64,000 nucleotides of DNA from an uncultured Bacillota bacterium. GTDB lineage: Bacteria > Bacillota > Clostridia > Christensenellales > Borkfalkiaceae. The translations under genes were made by a program, and so were the position numbers. The DNA lies in NCBI GenBank assembly GCA_949287895.1, contig CASEIS010000118.1, forward strand, positions 2,808 to 66,807, read 5' to 3'. Of the stretch, positions 9,778-19,436 are shown one piece after another. Under the pieces are notes generated by a model. It had not been told where the DNA came from, ran no database searches, and worked only from the letters and a program-made list of their open reading frames with translations. Positions within the stretch are counted from its first letter, which is position 1. The number at the start of each line of letters is the position of its first letter.

Positions 9778-10338
9778 ATGAAAAGTTTGGATATCCTGAT
9801 CGTCGGCGTCGGCGGGCAGGGGACGCTGCTCGCGAGCCGCGTCCTCGGCAAATACGCGCTCGAATGCGGATATGACGTCAAGCTGAGCGAGGTGCACGGC
9901 ATGGCACAGCGCGGCGGCAGCGTCATGACGTATGTCCGCATCGGCGAAAAGATCGCCTCTCCCATCATCGACGAGGGGCGGGCGGACCTCATCCTCGCCT
10001 TTGAAAAGCTTGAAGCGCTGCGCTACGCGCATTACCTCAAGCCGGATGGCGAGATCTTGTACTCCACGCAGGAGATCATGCCGATGCCCGTCGTGACGGG
10101 TGCTGCCGAATACCCGAAGGGGATCGAAGAGAAGCTGCGCGGCGTCGGTATCGACGCGCTCGACCTTGCGCTGCAGGCCGGCAACTCGAAGGCTGCCAAC
10201 TCGGTCATGCTCGGCGCGCTGTGCAAAAAGCTCGGGCTCGATCGCGAAAAATTTGAAGCGGCACTGCTCGCGAGCATTCCGCAGAAGACCATCGACATGA
10301 ACCGCCGCGCCTTTGAACTTGGCTACGCGGCCGTATAA
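9778..10338 (+). CDS. iorB: Indolepyruvate:ferredoxin oxidoreductase beta subunit
   Basis: GVGGQG, SEVHGMAQRGGSV, EKLEALR; directly after iorA. Confidence 0.93.
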   Translation: MKSLDILIVGVGGQGTLLASRVLGKYALECGYDVKLSEVHGMAQRGGSVMTYVRIGEKIASPIIDEGRADLILAFEKLEALRYAHYLKPDGEILYSTQEIMPMPVVTGAAEYPKGIEEKLRGVGIDALDLALQAGNSKAANSVMLGALCKKLGLDREKFEAALLASIPQKTIDMNRRAFELGYAAV

Positions 10339-10373
10339 TCATTCAAACGAACTTCAAATAAAGGGGAAACTGT

Positions 10374-11687
10374 ATGTCTAAAGTGAAAGATTACATCTAC
10401 CGCCCGGAGATCGAATGTCTCTCCCGCTCGGAGTTTGAAAACTTGCAGAGCGAACGTCTGCGCAAGACGGTCGAGCTTGTCTACAACAACTGCAAGCCGT
10501 ACCGCGCAAAAATGGACGCCTGCAAGCTGAAGCCTTCGGATATCCATTCGGTCGCCGACCTGCAAAAGCTGCCGTTTACTGTCAAGCACGATTTGCGCGA
10601 GGCGTATCCCTTCGGATTTTATTCGGCTCCCGCGCGCGACATCGTTGAAGTGCATGCCTCTTCGGGCACGACGGGCAAGCTGACCGTCGTCGGCTATACG
10701 CAGAACGATATCGACGTCTGGGCTGAGGTCGCCGCGCGCTCCCTCGCCATGGCGGGCGTCACCAAAGATTCACTCGTGCACGTCGCGTACGGCTACGGCC
10801 TCTTTACGGGCGGCCTCGGCGCGCATTACGGCGCGCAAAGGATCGGCGCGAGCACCGTTCCCGCGAGCGCGGGCAACACCATCCGCCAGCTGACGCTGCT
10901 GCGCGATTTCGGTGCAACGCATCTCTGCTGCACGCCGTCGTATGCCATCTTTCTCGGTACGGAGATCGAAAAGGCGGGGATGAACATTGAAGACTTTTCA
11001 CTCGTAGGCGGCGCATTCGGCGCCGAGCCCTGGACATACCAGATGCGTGACGAGCTGGAGCGCCTGCTCCATATCGATGCGCTGGATATTTACGGACTTT
11101 CGGAGATCAGCGGCCCCGGCGTTGCCATGGAGTGCATGCAGAAGCATGGAAGCCATGTGCAGGAGGATCACTTTATCCCCGAGATCATTGACCCGGAGAC
11201 GCTCGAGCCGCTCCCGTACGGCAGCGAGGGCGAACTCGTATTCACGACCATCACCAAGACAGGCCAGCCGCTCATCCGTTACCGCACGCGCGACCTGTGC
11301 ACGCTGACGGCAGGCAAATGTGCCTGCGGCCGTACGACCGTCAAGATGAGCAAGGTGAAGGGCCGCTCGGACGATATGCTGATCATCCGCGGCGTCAACG
11401 TCTTCCCGTCGCAGATCGAAGCGGCGATCATGAACGTCGCCGGTGTTTCGCCTCATTACATGATCTACGTCGACCGTATCAATAACCTCGACGTGATCGA
11501 GATCGACATCGAGCTTGCCGGCAACCTCACGCCGGACAAGGTCTCGGACATCGAGTCCATCAAGAAGAAGGTGGAGACGGAGATCAACTCGTATATCGGC
11601 CTGAGCGCAAAGATCAAGCTGTGCGAGAGCGGCTCCATTCGCCGCAGTGAAGGCAAGGCTGTGCGCGTCATCGACCGCAGAGAGTGA
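10374..11687 (+). CDS. paaK: Phenylacetate-CoA ligase family protein, copy 2
   Basis: HASSGTTGK, FGAEPW, DIYGLSEISGPG, GRSDDMLIIRGVNVFPSQIE. Confidence 0.9.
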   Translation: MSKVKDYIYRPEIECLSRSEFENLQSERLRKTVELVYNNCKPYRAKMDACKLKPSDIHSVADLQKLPFTVKHDLREAYPFGFYSAPARDIVEVHASSGTTGKLTVVGYTQNDIDVWAEVAARSLAMAGVTKDSLVHVAYGYGLFTGGLGAHYGAQRIGASTVPASAGNTIRQLTLLRDFGATHLCCTPSYAIFLGTEIEKAGMNIEDFSLVGGAFGAEPWTYQMRDELERLLHIDALDIYGLSEISGPGVAMECMQKHGSHVQEDHFIPEIIDPETLEPLPYGSEGELVFTTITKTGQPLIRYRTRDLCTLTAGKCACGRTTVKMSKVKGRSDDMLIIRGVNVFPSQIEAAIMNVAGVSPHYMIYVDRINNLDVIEIDIELAGNLTPDKVSDIESIKKKVETEINSYIGLSAKIKLCESGSIRRSEGKAVRVIDRRE

Positions 11688-11742
11688 GATCTCTGCGGCG
11701 GTGCGCACCCCGATCATAAAAAGAAATAAGGAGGAAAATCGT

Positions 11743-12165
11743 ATGTTAGTCAAACAGCTTTCCGTATTTATGGAGAACCGCCCGGGCAGACTGTATAAGC
11801 TGACCCACGCTTTAGGCAAAGAGGGGATCGACTTCGTCACCCTCTCCATTGCGGACACCAAGGACTTCGGCATCGTGCGCTTCATTGCGCGCGACAACGA
11901 ACGCGCGTATGAGATCCTGAAAAATGAAGGCTTTACCGTCGGCATTACCGAGCTGATCGGCGTCGAAGTGGACGACAAGCCCAACGCTCTGGCGGAGGTC
12001 ATCGCCCTGATCGAGGCGGCGAATATCAACATCGAATACCTGTATTCGTTCGTCTTGACCAATCATAACTCGGCCAAGATCCTGATGCGCGTCGAGGACA
12101 CCGAACACGCACTCAAAATTTTGACGGAGAAGGGGATCAAACTGCTTTCCGAAAAGATCCTCTGA
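11743..12165 (+). CDS. Tandem ACT-domain protein
   Basis: KQLSVFMENRPGRL and INIEYLY; this type commonly follows paaK; RBS AGGAGG. Confidence 0.85.
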   Translation: MLVKQLSVFMENRPGRLYKLTHALGKEGIDFVTLSIADTKDFGIVRFIARDNERAYEILKNEGFTVGITELIGVEVDDKPNALAEVIALIEAANINIEYLYSFVLTNHNSAKILMRVEDTEHALKILTEKGIKLLSEKIL

Positions 12166-12190
12166 GCGAGCGAACAAGTCGATTTGCAGT

Positions 12191-12219
12191 GATATATGTC
12201 ATGCATAGTACTATGCAAA
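12191..12219 (+). repeat. 29-bp dispersed motif, copy 2
   Basis: GATATATGTCATGCATAGTACTATGCAAA; intergenic. Confidence 0.85.
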
Positions 12220-12283
12220 TCTGTAAAATCACATTTATATTTTGAAAATTTTTTGTTAGAACGGCATTTTGCCGGGAGGCTTT

Positions 12284-13609
12284 ATGAACGATAGAGATAC
12301 GTTGCGCATCAACGAGGCAGGACACTTGGAGATCGGCGGCGCGGATACGGTCGAGCTTGCCGAAAAGTTCGGCACGCCGCTGTATGTGATGGATGAAAAA
12401 TACATCCGCGATATGTGCGCTATTTACCGCGACACGATCGACCGCGAATACGACGGAAACGGGACCGTTTTATATGCGTCTAAGGCTTTTTCTTGCATGG
12501 CGATCTACCGGATCGCGGCGGAGGAAAAGATCGGCGTCGACGTCGTGTCGGGGGGAGAGCTGTACACTGCCATGAAGGCGGGATTTCCCGCGGAGCGCAT
12601 CTATCTGCACGGCAACAACAAGCTGCAGTCTGAGCTTGCGTACGCGCTCGAGTGCGGCGTCGGTACCATCGTCGTCGACGCCTATGCGGAGATCGACCTG
12701 CTCGATGCGCTTTGTGCGGCGTGCGGCAGGGTGCAGGACGTGCTCATCCGCGTCAATCCCGGCGTCGAGGCGCACACGCATCATTTTATCCAGACGGCCA
12801 AGACGGACAGTAAATTTGGGTTTTCCTTTGCGGACGGCACCGCAGAAAAGGTGACGCGGTATGCGCTGACAAAACAGAATCTGCGCCTGCGCGGCTTCCA
12901 TTGCCATATCGGTTCGCAGATCTTTGAGAAGCAGTCGTTCACCGCGGCCGTCGACCGTATGCTCAAGTTTATGTCGCAGATGAAACAGCACCACGGGTTC
13001 GAAGCGGAGGTGCTCAATCTCGGCGGCGGCTACGGCATTTGGTACGCCGAAGGGGATGCCAAGATCTCGAAGGACGGCTATGCCGACTACCTGCGCGCGA
13101 TCATTGCCGAATTAAAGGAGAAGGCGGATAGTTATGGCGTCAAACGGCCGCACCTCGTGATCGAGCCGGGCCGCTCTATCGTCGGCGAGGCGGGGATCAC
13201 GCTGTATACGGTGGGGAACATCAAGGACATCCCCGGCGTACGCAAGTATGTCGCCATCGACGGCGGCATGTTCGACAATCCGCGCTATGCGCTGTATCAG
13301 GCAAAATATACGCCCGTGCTCGCCAACCGCGCCAATGAGCCTGCAACGGAGACGGTATCCATCGCCGGCAAGTGCTGTGAGAGCGGCGACCTGATCTGCG
13401 TCGACGTGCAGCTGCCTCCGGCGCAAAGCGGCGATATCCTCGCCGTGCTTTCTACGGGCGCCTACAATTATTCGATGGCGAGCAACTACAACCGCAATCC
13501 GATCCCTCCCGTCGTGCTCGTGCGGGACGGAGAAGCCGATTATATCGTCAAGCCGCAGACGTACGAAGATATCGTCCGCAACGACGTCATTCCAGACCGC
13601 TTGCGCTGA
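12284..13609 (+). CDS. lysA: Diaminopimelate decarboxylase
   Basis: GTPLYV, YASKAF, DVVSGGE, HCHIGSQ, EPGRSIV, CCESGD, GAYNYSM. Confidence 0.95.
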   Translation: MNDRDTLRINEAGHLEIGGADTVELAEKFGTPLYVMDEKYIRDMCAIYRDTIDREYDGNGTVLYASKAFSCMAIYRIAAEEKIGVDVVSGGELYTAMKAGFPAERIYLHGNNKLQSELAYALECGVGTIVVDAYAEIDLLDALCAACGRVQDVLIRVNPGVEAHTHHFIQTAKTDSKFGFSFADGTAEKVTRYALTKQNLRLRGFHCHIGSQIFEKQSFTAAVDRMLKFMSQMKQHHGFEAEVLNLGGGYGIWYAEGDAKISKDGYADYLRAIIAELKEKADSYGVKRPHLVIEPGRSIVGEAGITLYTVGNIKDIPGVRKYVAIDGGMFDNPRYALYQAKYTPVLANRANEPATETVSIAGKCCESGDLICVDVQLPPAQSGDILAVLSTGAYNYSMASNYNRNPIPPVVLVRDGEADYIVKPQTYEDIVRNDVIPDRLR

Positions 13610-13633
13610 CGCAGCCGATGCGGAACGGAACAG

Positions 13634-13667
13634 CGGCCCGGTTTTTCAAAAACCGGGCCGTATTTTT
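13634..13667 (+). terminator. Intrinsic terminator after lysA
   Basis: CGGCCCGGTTTTT/AAAAACCGGGCCG inverted repeat followed by a T-rich tail. Confidence 0.7.
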
Positions 13668-13778
13668 GTGGTCGTGCGGTCGGGTACGGTATTGCCCGTT
13701 CATTGAGATCACGCTGCACCGTTTGCGCAGTTTTTTACAGAAAAATCGCGGCAAAGACAAAAAAATTCCCCACCGCCG

Positions 13779-13807
13779 TTGCATTCTTGGCGGCAGTATG
13801 GTATAAT
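13779..13807 (+). promoter_or_regulatory. SigA-type promoter
   Basis: TTGCAT-17 bp-TATAAT with extended TG. Confidence 0.7.
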
Positions 13808-13839
13808 AGCAGGGATATCAGCGAGAGGATTTATTACGA

Positions 13840-15324
13840 ATGAAAATTGGATTTGACAACGATCGGTACGTACAGCTGCAGAGTGAAAAGATCTTGGAGC
13901 GCATCCGCCAGTTCGACAACAAGTTGTATCTGGAATTCGGCGGGAAATTGTTTGACGATATGCACGCTTGCAGGGTGCTTCCCGGATTTGAAAGCGACGC
14001 TAAGTGCCGGATCCTCTTGACGCTGAAAGAGCAGTCGGAGATCATTTTTGTGATCAGCGGCGCCGATCTCGAGCGCAACAAGATCCGCGCCGATTTCGGC
14101 ATTCCGTACGGCACAGACGTGCTGCGGCTGATCGATAAGCTGCGCGGCCTCGGCCTGAATATGAACAGCGTCGTCGTGACGCAGTATCTCGGGCAGCCGG
14201 CGGCCGACAAGTTCATCAATAAACTGAAAAATCACGGGCTGCGTACCTACATCCATCACAAGACGAAGGGGTACCCGACGGAAGTGGACGTCATCGTTTC
14301 GGACGAAGGGTACGGCGCCAACCCGTACATCGAGACGACCAAACCGCTCGTCGTCGTCACGGCGCCCGGTCCCGGTAGCGGCAAGTTGGCGACCTGCCTG
14401 TCGCAGCTCTATCACGAATACAAGCGGGGCGTGCGCGCCGGATATGCCAAGTTCGAGACATTCCCGATCTGGAATCTGCCGCTGCGCCACCCGGTCAATG
14501 TCGCCTATGAGGCGGCGACGGCCGATCTCGGCGACATCAATATGATCGATCCGTATCACCTCGAAGCGTACGGTGAGACGACAGTCAATTACAACCGCGA
14601 TATCGAGTGCTTCCCCATCGTGCGCTCCATCCTCGCTAAGATCACGGGCGATGAGGATATCTACAAATCGCCGACGGACATGGGCGTCAACATGGCAGGG
14701 TTCGGCATCGTGGACGACGAGGTGGTGCGCAGAGCGGCTCGCCAGGAGATCGTTCGCCGCTACTTCAAAGCGGAATGCGACTACAAGATGGGCAACTGCA
14801 CCAAGGACACCGTCGAGCGCATCCGCCTGCTCATGAACGAGAACAAACTTTCCGTAAACGACCGCGCGGTCGTCAAGCCCGCACTGGAAAAGGCGGAATC
14901 GGCGGGGTGCGCGGCCGTCGCGCTCGAGCTGGAAGACGGCACTTTCGTGACGGGTAAATCGAATAAACTGATGACCGCCTGCGCGAGCGCCGTGCTCAAT
15001 GCGATCAAGACGCTCTCGCGCATCGCCGACGATATGCTGCTGCTCTCGCCCATCGTCCTTTCGCCCATCATCGGCCTGAAAAAGGACGTGCTGCGCGAAG
15101 ATAAAGTCAAACTCAGCCTTGGCGACGTGCTGACGGCTCTTTCCATCTGCGCGGCGACCAACCCGATCGCTGAAAAGGCGATGAGTATGCTCGTCAACCT
15201 GCGCGACTGTGAGGCGCATTCTTCCTGCATTTTGCCGGAAGCAGATCAGTCTGTCATGCGTAAACTCGGCATCCGCCTGACCTGCGAGCCGGAATACGGC
15301 AGTAAAGACTTATACGGTTTTTGA
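13840..15324 (+). CDS. DUF1846 / UPF0371 family protein
   Basis: MKIGFDN, KLYLEFGGKLFDD, TAPGPGSGK, YAKFETFPIWNLP, SPTDMGVN. Confidence 0.85.
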   Translation: MKIGFDNDRYVQLQSEKILERIRQFDNKLYLEFGGKLFDDMHACRVLPGFESDAKCRILLTLKEQSEIIFVISGADLERNKIRADFGIPYGTDVLRLIDKLRGLGLNMNSVVVTQYLGQPAADKFINKLKNHGLRTYIHHKTKGYPTEVDVIVSDEGYGANPYIETTKPLVVVTAPGPGSGKLATCLSQLYHEYKRGVRAGYAKFETFPIWNLPLRHPVNVAYEAATADLGDINMIDPYHLEAYGETTVNYNRDIECFPIVRSILAKITGDEDIYKSPTDMGVNMAGFGIVDDEVVRRAARQEIVRRYFKAECDYKMGNCTKDTVERIRLLMNENKLSVNDRAVVKPALEKAESAGCAAVALELEDGTFVTGKSNKLMTACASAVLNAIKTLSRIADDMLLLSPIVLSPIIGLKKDVLREDKVKLSLGDVLTALSICAATNPIAEKAMSMLVNLRDCEAHSSCILPEADQSVMRKLGIRLTCEPEYGSKDLYGF

Positions 15325-15430
15325 TTCGGGCGCACGCGCCGCCCGTTCTCCCGAAACCGGTCCGGGAGGGGAATACTAAAACGACAGACCGGACGGCAGG
15401 TTTTGCTTGCCGCAAAGAAGGAGATATCTT

Positions 15431-16006
15431 ATGGTAATCGATGCCATTACGATCGTCGTCGCCATTCTATTGGCGGGGCTCGGGGTCGTGGTCGGGTTCG
15501 GGCGCACGCTGCGCTTCTTTACGAACGGGATCTTCGGCTTCATCATTTCGATCGTATTTTGTTTCGCGTTCGGCGGCATGATCGCCTCCATCGGCCCCAT
15601 TGCCGACGGGATCAGCTGGCTGAATGAGTGGTTGGGCGGCATTTGGAGCTTTTTTGCGACCATCCGCCTTGCAACGATTATTTACTACATCGTCTTGTTC
15701 CTGCTCGTGCAGCTACTCCGTTCGCTGATCGTGCTCATGTTGGAAAAACTATTTTCCATCGATGTGCTCCCGATGCGGATCCTGAACGGCATTCTCGGTG
15801 CGATCTTGATGGTCGTCGCCGTGTTTATCTTGCTCTTGCTCGTCCTTGCGATCTTTGAACTCTTCGACACGAGCGATTTTGTGCAGAGTATGCTGAACCG
15901 CCTGGACGGGACCTTCTTGAAGACGCTGTATCTGAACAATCCGATCGATTTTACGCAGATCTTTGCCAACGCGCAGGAGGGCACCGAAGCGGTGCTGTGC
16001 CTTTGA
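15431..16006 (+). CDS. Membrane protein, CvpA-like
   Basis: About four hydrophobic segments, N-terminal IDAITI..GFGR and LNGILGAIL pattern; RBS AAGGAG. Confidence 0.5.
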   Translation: MVIDAITIVVAILLAGLGVVVGFGRTLRFFTNGIFGFIISIVFCFAFGGMIASIGPIADGISWLNEWLGGIWSFFATIRLATIIYYIVLFLLVQLLRSLIVLMLEKLFSIDVLPMRILNGILGAILMVVAVFILLLLVLAIFELFDTSDFVQSMLNRLDGTFLKTLYLNNPIDFTQIFANAQEGTEAVLCL

Positions 16007-16028
16007 TTCAGTGATTTTGCCATTGCGC

Positions 16029-16061
16029 AAAGCGGCAGGACATATGTCCTGCCGCTTTTTT
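16029..16061 (+). terminator. Intrinsic terminator
   Basis: AAAGCGGCAGGAC/GTCCTGCCGCTTT stem with T-run. Confidence 0.75.
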
Positions 16062-16161
16062 GTTTTTTGGCAAAAAATAGCCGCGCTTGCGGTTTTTGGA
16101 TACATACACCGCAGTGCCCGCATAGGATGGAGAGAGGGACTATTGCGGAGGAAAAACAAAG

Positions 16162-16935
16162 GTGGAATGGTTGTTATCGCTGCCGCCGTGGGTAACGGCG
16201 CTGCTTGCGACCTGTTTTACGTATGCAATGACGGCGCTCGGTGCGGCGCTCGTGTTTGCCGTGCGGCGGTGCAGCGCCGCTGTGATCGACGGAATGCAGG
16301 GGACTGCGGCCGGGCTGATGATCGCGGCGAGTTTCTTTTCACTGCTGCTGCCCGCCAAGGAAAGTTTGGAAGGGCAGGGTGCGGCGGCTGCGCTGATCTT
16401 GACGTTCGGGTTTTGCTTCGGCGCGGCTTTCATATTGCTTACAGAATTGTGGATGCGCAGGAGCAAGCGGTTCTCCGACCGGGAACGCAGGAGCGGCGCC
16501 CTCACCTGTTTTGCGATGACGCTGCACAATATCCCCGAAGGGTTCGCCGTCGGTGTCGCCTTTGGCTCGATCGGCGGCGGCAATACGTTTGTCGCTGCGG
16601 CGATGTTGGCGCTCGGCATCGGCATTCAAAATTTCCCTGAAGGACTGTGCGTAGCGGTCCCACTGCGGCGGCAGGGAATGACCGCCGGTAAAGCTTTCTT
16701 TTTCGGGCAGCTATCGGGGCTGGTCGAGATCGCCGCAGGCGTGCTCGGCGCCGTCGCCGTGCAGGCAATCAAACTCTTGCTGCCTTGGGCGCTGTCCTTT
16801 TCGGCAGGGGCAATGATCGTCGTATCCTGCGGGGAGTTGATCCCGTCATGTGTGCATGAAAACGAGCGCGTCGCCCTCCCGTGGATCACGGGCGGATTTG
16901 CCCTGATGATGCTGCTCGACGTCTTATTAGGATAG
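16162..16935 (+). CDS. ZIP-family metal transporter (ZupT/GufA-like)
   Basis: AAGLMIAASFFSLL, TLHNIPEG, IGIQNFPEG, AGAMI. Confidence 0.88.
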   Translation: MEWLLSLPPWVTALLATCFTYAMTALGAALVFAVRRCSAAVIDGMQGTAAGLMIAASFFSLLLPAKESLEGQGAAAALILTFGFCFGAAFILLTELWMRRSKRFSDRERRSGALTCFAMTLHNIPEGFAVGVAFGSIGGGNTFVAAAMLALGIGIQNFPEGLCVAVPLRRQGMTAGKAFFFGQLSGLVEIAAGVLGAVAVQAIKLLLPWALSFSAGAMIVVSCGELIPSCVHENERVALPWITGGFALMMLLDVLLG

Positions 16936-16986
16936 GCTCGTTCGCTAATTGTGCCGAAATAAGCCGTATAAACAATTTTTGCCCAT

Positions 16987-17015
16987 TTCGCATAGTACTA
17001 TGTCACACATAGTTT
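16987..17015 (-). repeat. 29-bp dispersed motif, copy 3
   Basis: Minus strand AAACTATGTGTGACATAGTACTATGCGAA; between convergent transcription units. Confidence 0.85.
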
Positions 17016-17023
17016 ATAAATAA

Positions 17024-17051
17024 GAAAGGAGCCGGACAGTTTGTCCGGCTC
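17024..17051 (-). terminator. Terminator after the SRP RNA
   Basis: GAGCCGGACA/TGTCCGGCTC stem with CTTTC tail on the minus strand. Confidence 0.65.
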
Positions 17052-17067
17052 GCCGTCTGCGAAAGAA

Positions 17068-17332
17068 CTGTGCATCCTCCGTTGAAAATGTGCGCCGAAG
17101 CGTTAACACCGCAGGTGACTCCTGCAAAGCTTCCTTATGGCACACGAACACATCCGCTTAGTGCTGCTATATCCCTATCCTGACACGGTTCACGGCAGTC
17201 CGTTGCATAAGACCTTGCGATCAACGTTCCTTACGGAGCGCGGCCTTCCACGCGCAAGTCCGCGGGAGGCGTTCGGTTCTGCTATAGCGGATTGCAGATG
17301 CAGGGCACCGCTAACTCCCCACCTAGCACAGC
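17068..17332 (-). ncRNA. ffs: Signal recognition particle RNA, large (Alu-containing) bacterial type
   Basis: 5' GCTGTGCTAGGTGGGGAGTTAGCGGTGCCCTG..CTGCAATCCGCT Alu domain; helix 8 GTGTCAGG...AGCAGCAC; complementary ends; upstream TTGCAA-17-TAAAAT. Confidence 0.92.
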
Positions 17333-17508
17333 AATACTATTTTATACTATGCCGAAAAAATTTGCAACTGATTTCGCAAACTATCTTCGTGAAAATCTGC
17401 AAAGCATGGCAAATGCGCGCGAATTCTGCACAGAAGTTGCCGTGAACAGTTGCGAAAACCTGCCCGCTTGTATTATAATAGTAATTAGTTTGGACAAGGA
17501 GGCGACTT

Positions 17509-17748
17509 ATGCCGCATATATCGGTCAAAATGTTGGAAGGCAGAAGTGAGGAGCAAAAACAGAAGCTCGCCGCTGCGCTCGTGCGCACGCTGACGGAACA
17601 GCTGCACTGTTCTGATCATTACGTGACTTGCACGGTCGAAGATTACAGCCCTGAGGCCTGGCAGGAGGTCTTCCGTACGGAGATCGCGGAAAAGCCGAAG
17701 GACGTCGTCTATAAAAAAGCGGAATACGACCCCAAAAGCCTGCTGTAA
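17509..17748 (+). CDS. 4-Oxalocrotonate tautomerase family protein
   Basis: N-terminal Pro after Met; PHISVKMLEGRSEEQKQKL. Confidence 0.85.
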   Translation: MPHISVKMLEGRSEEQKQKLAAALVRTLTEQLHCSDHYVTCTVEDYSPEAWQEVFRTEIAEKPKDVVYKKAEYDPKSLL

Positions 17749-17793
17749 GGCGAGGGCCGCAAAATTATACAACAACATTCGTAAGGAGTTATT

Positions 17794-18600
17794 ATGGCGG
17801 AATGTACACATGACTGCGGCAGCTGCGGCGAGGACTGCGCCCGGCGCGATATGCACAAAGCGCCGCATGAACTGAGCAAAATCAAAAAAGTGATCGGCAT
17901 CGTGAGCGGCAAGGGCGGCGTCGGCAAATCATTGACGTCGGCTATGCTCGCCGTGACGGCAGAGCGCAACGGCTTCCGCACGGCGATCCTCGATGCAGAT
18001 ATCACGGGCCCATCCATCCCTAAAATGTTCGGCATCACCGAAAAGGCGATGGGTACGGAGCTTGGCATCCTCCCAGTCAAGAGCAAAAAGGGGATCGAGA
18101 TCATGTCGATGAACCTGCTGCTTGAAGAGGATACAGACCCCGTGATTTGGCGCGGCCCGGTCATCGCCGGCGCGGTGCTGCAATTCTGGACGGACGTCAT
18201 CTGGAATGACGTCGACTATATGTTCGTCGATATGCCCCCCGGGACGGGCGACGTGCCGCTGAGCATTTACCAGTCTATCCCTCTGGACGGGATCATCGTC
18301 GTGACGACGCCGCAAGATCTCGTCTCGATGATCGTTTTGAAGGCGGCGCATATGGCCGAAAAGATGAACATCCCTATCCTCGGCATCGTCGAGAACATGA
18401 GCTATGTGATTTGCCCCGACTGCGGGAAGAAGATCGAGATCTTCGGCAAGAGCCGCGTCGGCGAACTTGCTGCAGAAGTCGGTTGCAAGAACGTCGCGCA
18501 CATTCCCTTCGATCCCGCGCTGACCAAATGTGCCGACAGCGGGCTGATCGAGCTGTTTGAAGGGGATTACCTGGACGAGCTGTTCCGCTCGATCGAGTAA
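17794..18600 (+). CDS. Mrp/NBP35/ApbC Fe-S cluster carrier ATPase
   Basis: N-terminal Cys cluster, SGKGGVGKS, DADITGPS, WRGP, DMPPGTGD, ENMS..CPDC. Confidence 0.92.
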   Translation: MAECTHDCGSCGEDCARRDMHKAPHELSKIKKVIGIVSGKGGVGKSLTSAMLAVTAERNGFRTAILDADITGPSIPKMFGITEKAMGTELGILPVKSKKGIEIMSMNLLLEEDTDPVIWRGPVIAGAVLQFWTDVIWNDVDYMFVDMPPGTGDVPLSIYQSIPLDGIIVVTTPQDLVSMIVLKAAHMAEKMNIPILGIVENMSYVICPDCGKKIEIFGKSRVGELAAEVGCKNVAHIPFDPALTKCADSGLIELFEGDYLDELFRSIE

Positions 18601-18684
18601 ACCGTTTCATTTGGCACGGGCAAATGCCTCGCGAGTGGCAACGGTATAAAAAAGAAAAGCCGCCCTTTTCAGGACGACTTTTCT

Positions 18685-18771
18685 TGGTGCCGCTGGTCGG
18701 ACTCGAACCGACACGGTATCGCTACCACTGGATTTTGAGTCCAGCGCGTCTGCCAATTTCACCACAGCGGC
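18685..18771 (-). tRNA. tRNA-Leu(CAA)
   Basis: Cloverleaf with anticodon arm CTGGA-CTCAAAA-TCCAG, long variable arm, encoded CCA. Confidence 0.97.
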
Positions 18772-18913
18772 AATTTGCATTCGCATTGTTAATTATACAA
18801 TAAAACAGAAAATATAGCAAGCAAAAAGCAAATCGATTTGTAAATTTTTCCCCGCGCCTTCACAATGAGTGAAGAGCGGCATGCCGCATCGACGAAAATG
18901 AGAAAAGCGGTGT

Positions 18914-18942
18914 TTTACAGAGTACTATGTGTGATATAGAAC
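18914..18942 (-). repeat. 29-bp dispersed motif, copy 4
   Basis: Minus strand GTTCTATATCACACATAGTACTCTGTAAA; contains the ATG at 18927. Confidence 0.8.
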
Positions 18943-19349
18943 GAGCAAAATCATTGTTAGAAGGGCATTCTGTCGTCTGCGTTTGCGGCGACGCGGTGCA
19001 TATCCGCGATGAGCGAGGGATCCGTCCATTGCTCGAAATGATCGGGCGCGGCGAATCGCTGCGCGGTTTTACCGTCGCGGATAAGATCGTCGGGAAGGCT
19101 GCGGCGCTCTTGTTTGCGATCTTGCAGCCGGATGCGCTGCATGCGCGCGTACTGAGCGAGGGCGGCGCGGCCGTGCTTGAAAAATACAAGATCCCGTACA
19201 CCTGCGACGTTCGCACGGCAAAGATCATCAACCGCGCGGGCACGGATATCTGCCCGATGGAGCGGACGGTGCTCGCCATCGACGATCCGCAGGAAGCGCT
19301 CGCGGCGCTGCGGCAGACGGCGGCGAGGCTGCGTGCCGGCGCGCAATAA
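18927..19349 (+). CDS. DUF1893 family protein
   Basis: RGIRPLL, VADKIVGKAAA, IINRAG..CPME. Confidence 0.8.
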   Translation: MCDIERAKSLLEGHSVVCVCGDAVHIRDERGIRPLLEMIGRGESLRGFTVADKIVGKAAALLFAILQPDALHARVLSEGGAAVLEKYKIPYTCDVRTAKIINRAGTDICPMERTVLAIDDPQEALAALRQTAARLRAGAQ

Positions 19350-19361
19350 GAGCAAAGGAAA

Positions 19362-19384
19362 GGACAGCACGCGAGGTGCTGTCC
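19362..19384. terminator. Hairpin between convergent DUF1893 and lexA genes
   Basis: GGACAGCAC/GTGCTGTCC stem; T-rich tail on the minus strand. Confidence 0.6.
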
Positions 19385-19436
19385 CGTATTCCCTTCATCG
19401 GAGAATTTGTGTGCTCATTTTGATGTTGCCGCTCTA

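Noticed and set aside
17137-17588. ORFs overlapping 17.1-17.5 kb
   Set aside because: The region is occupied by the SRP RNA and divergent promoters.
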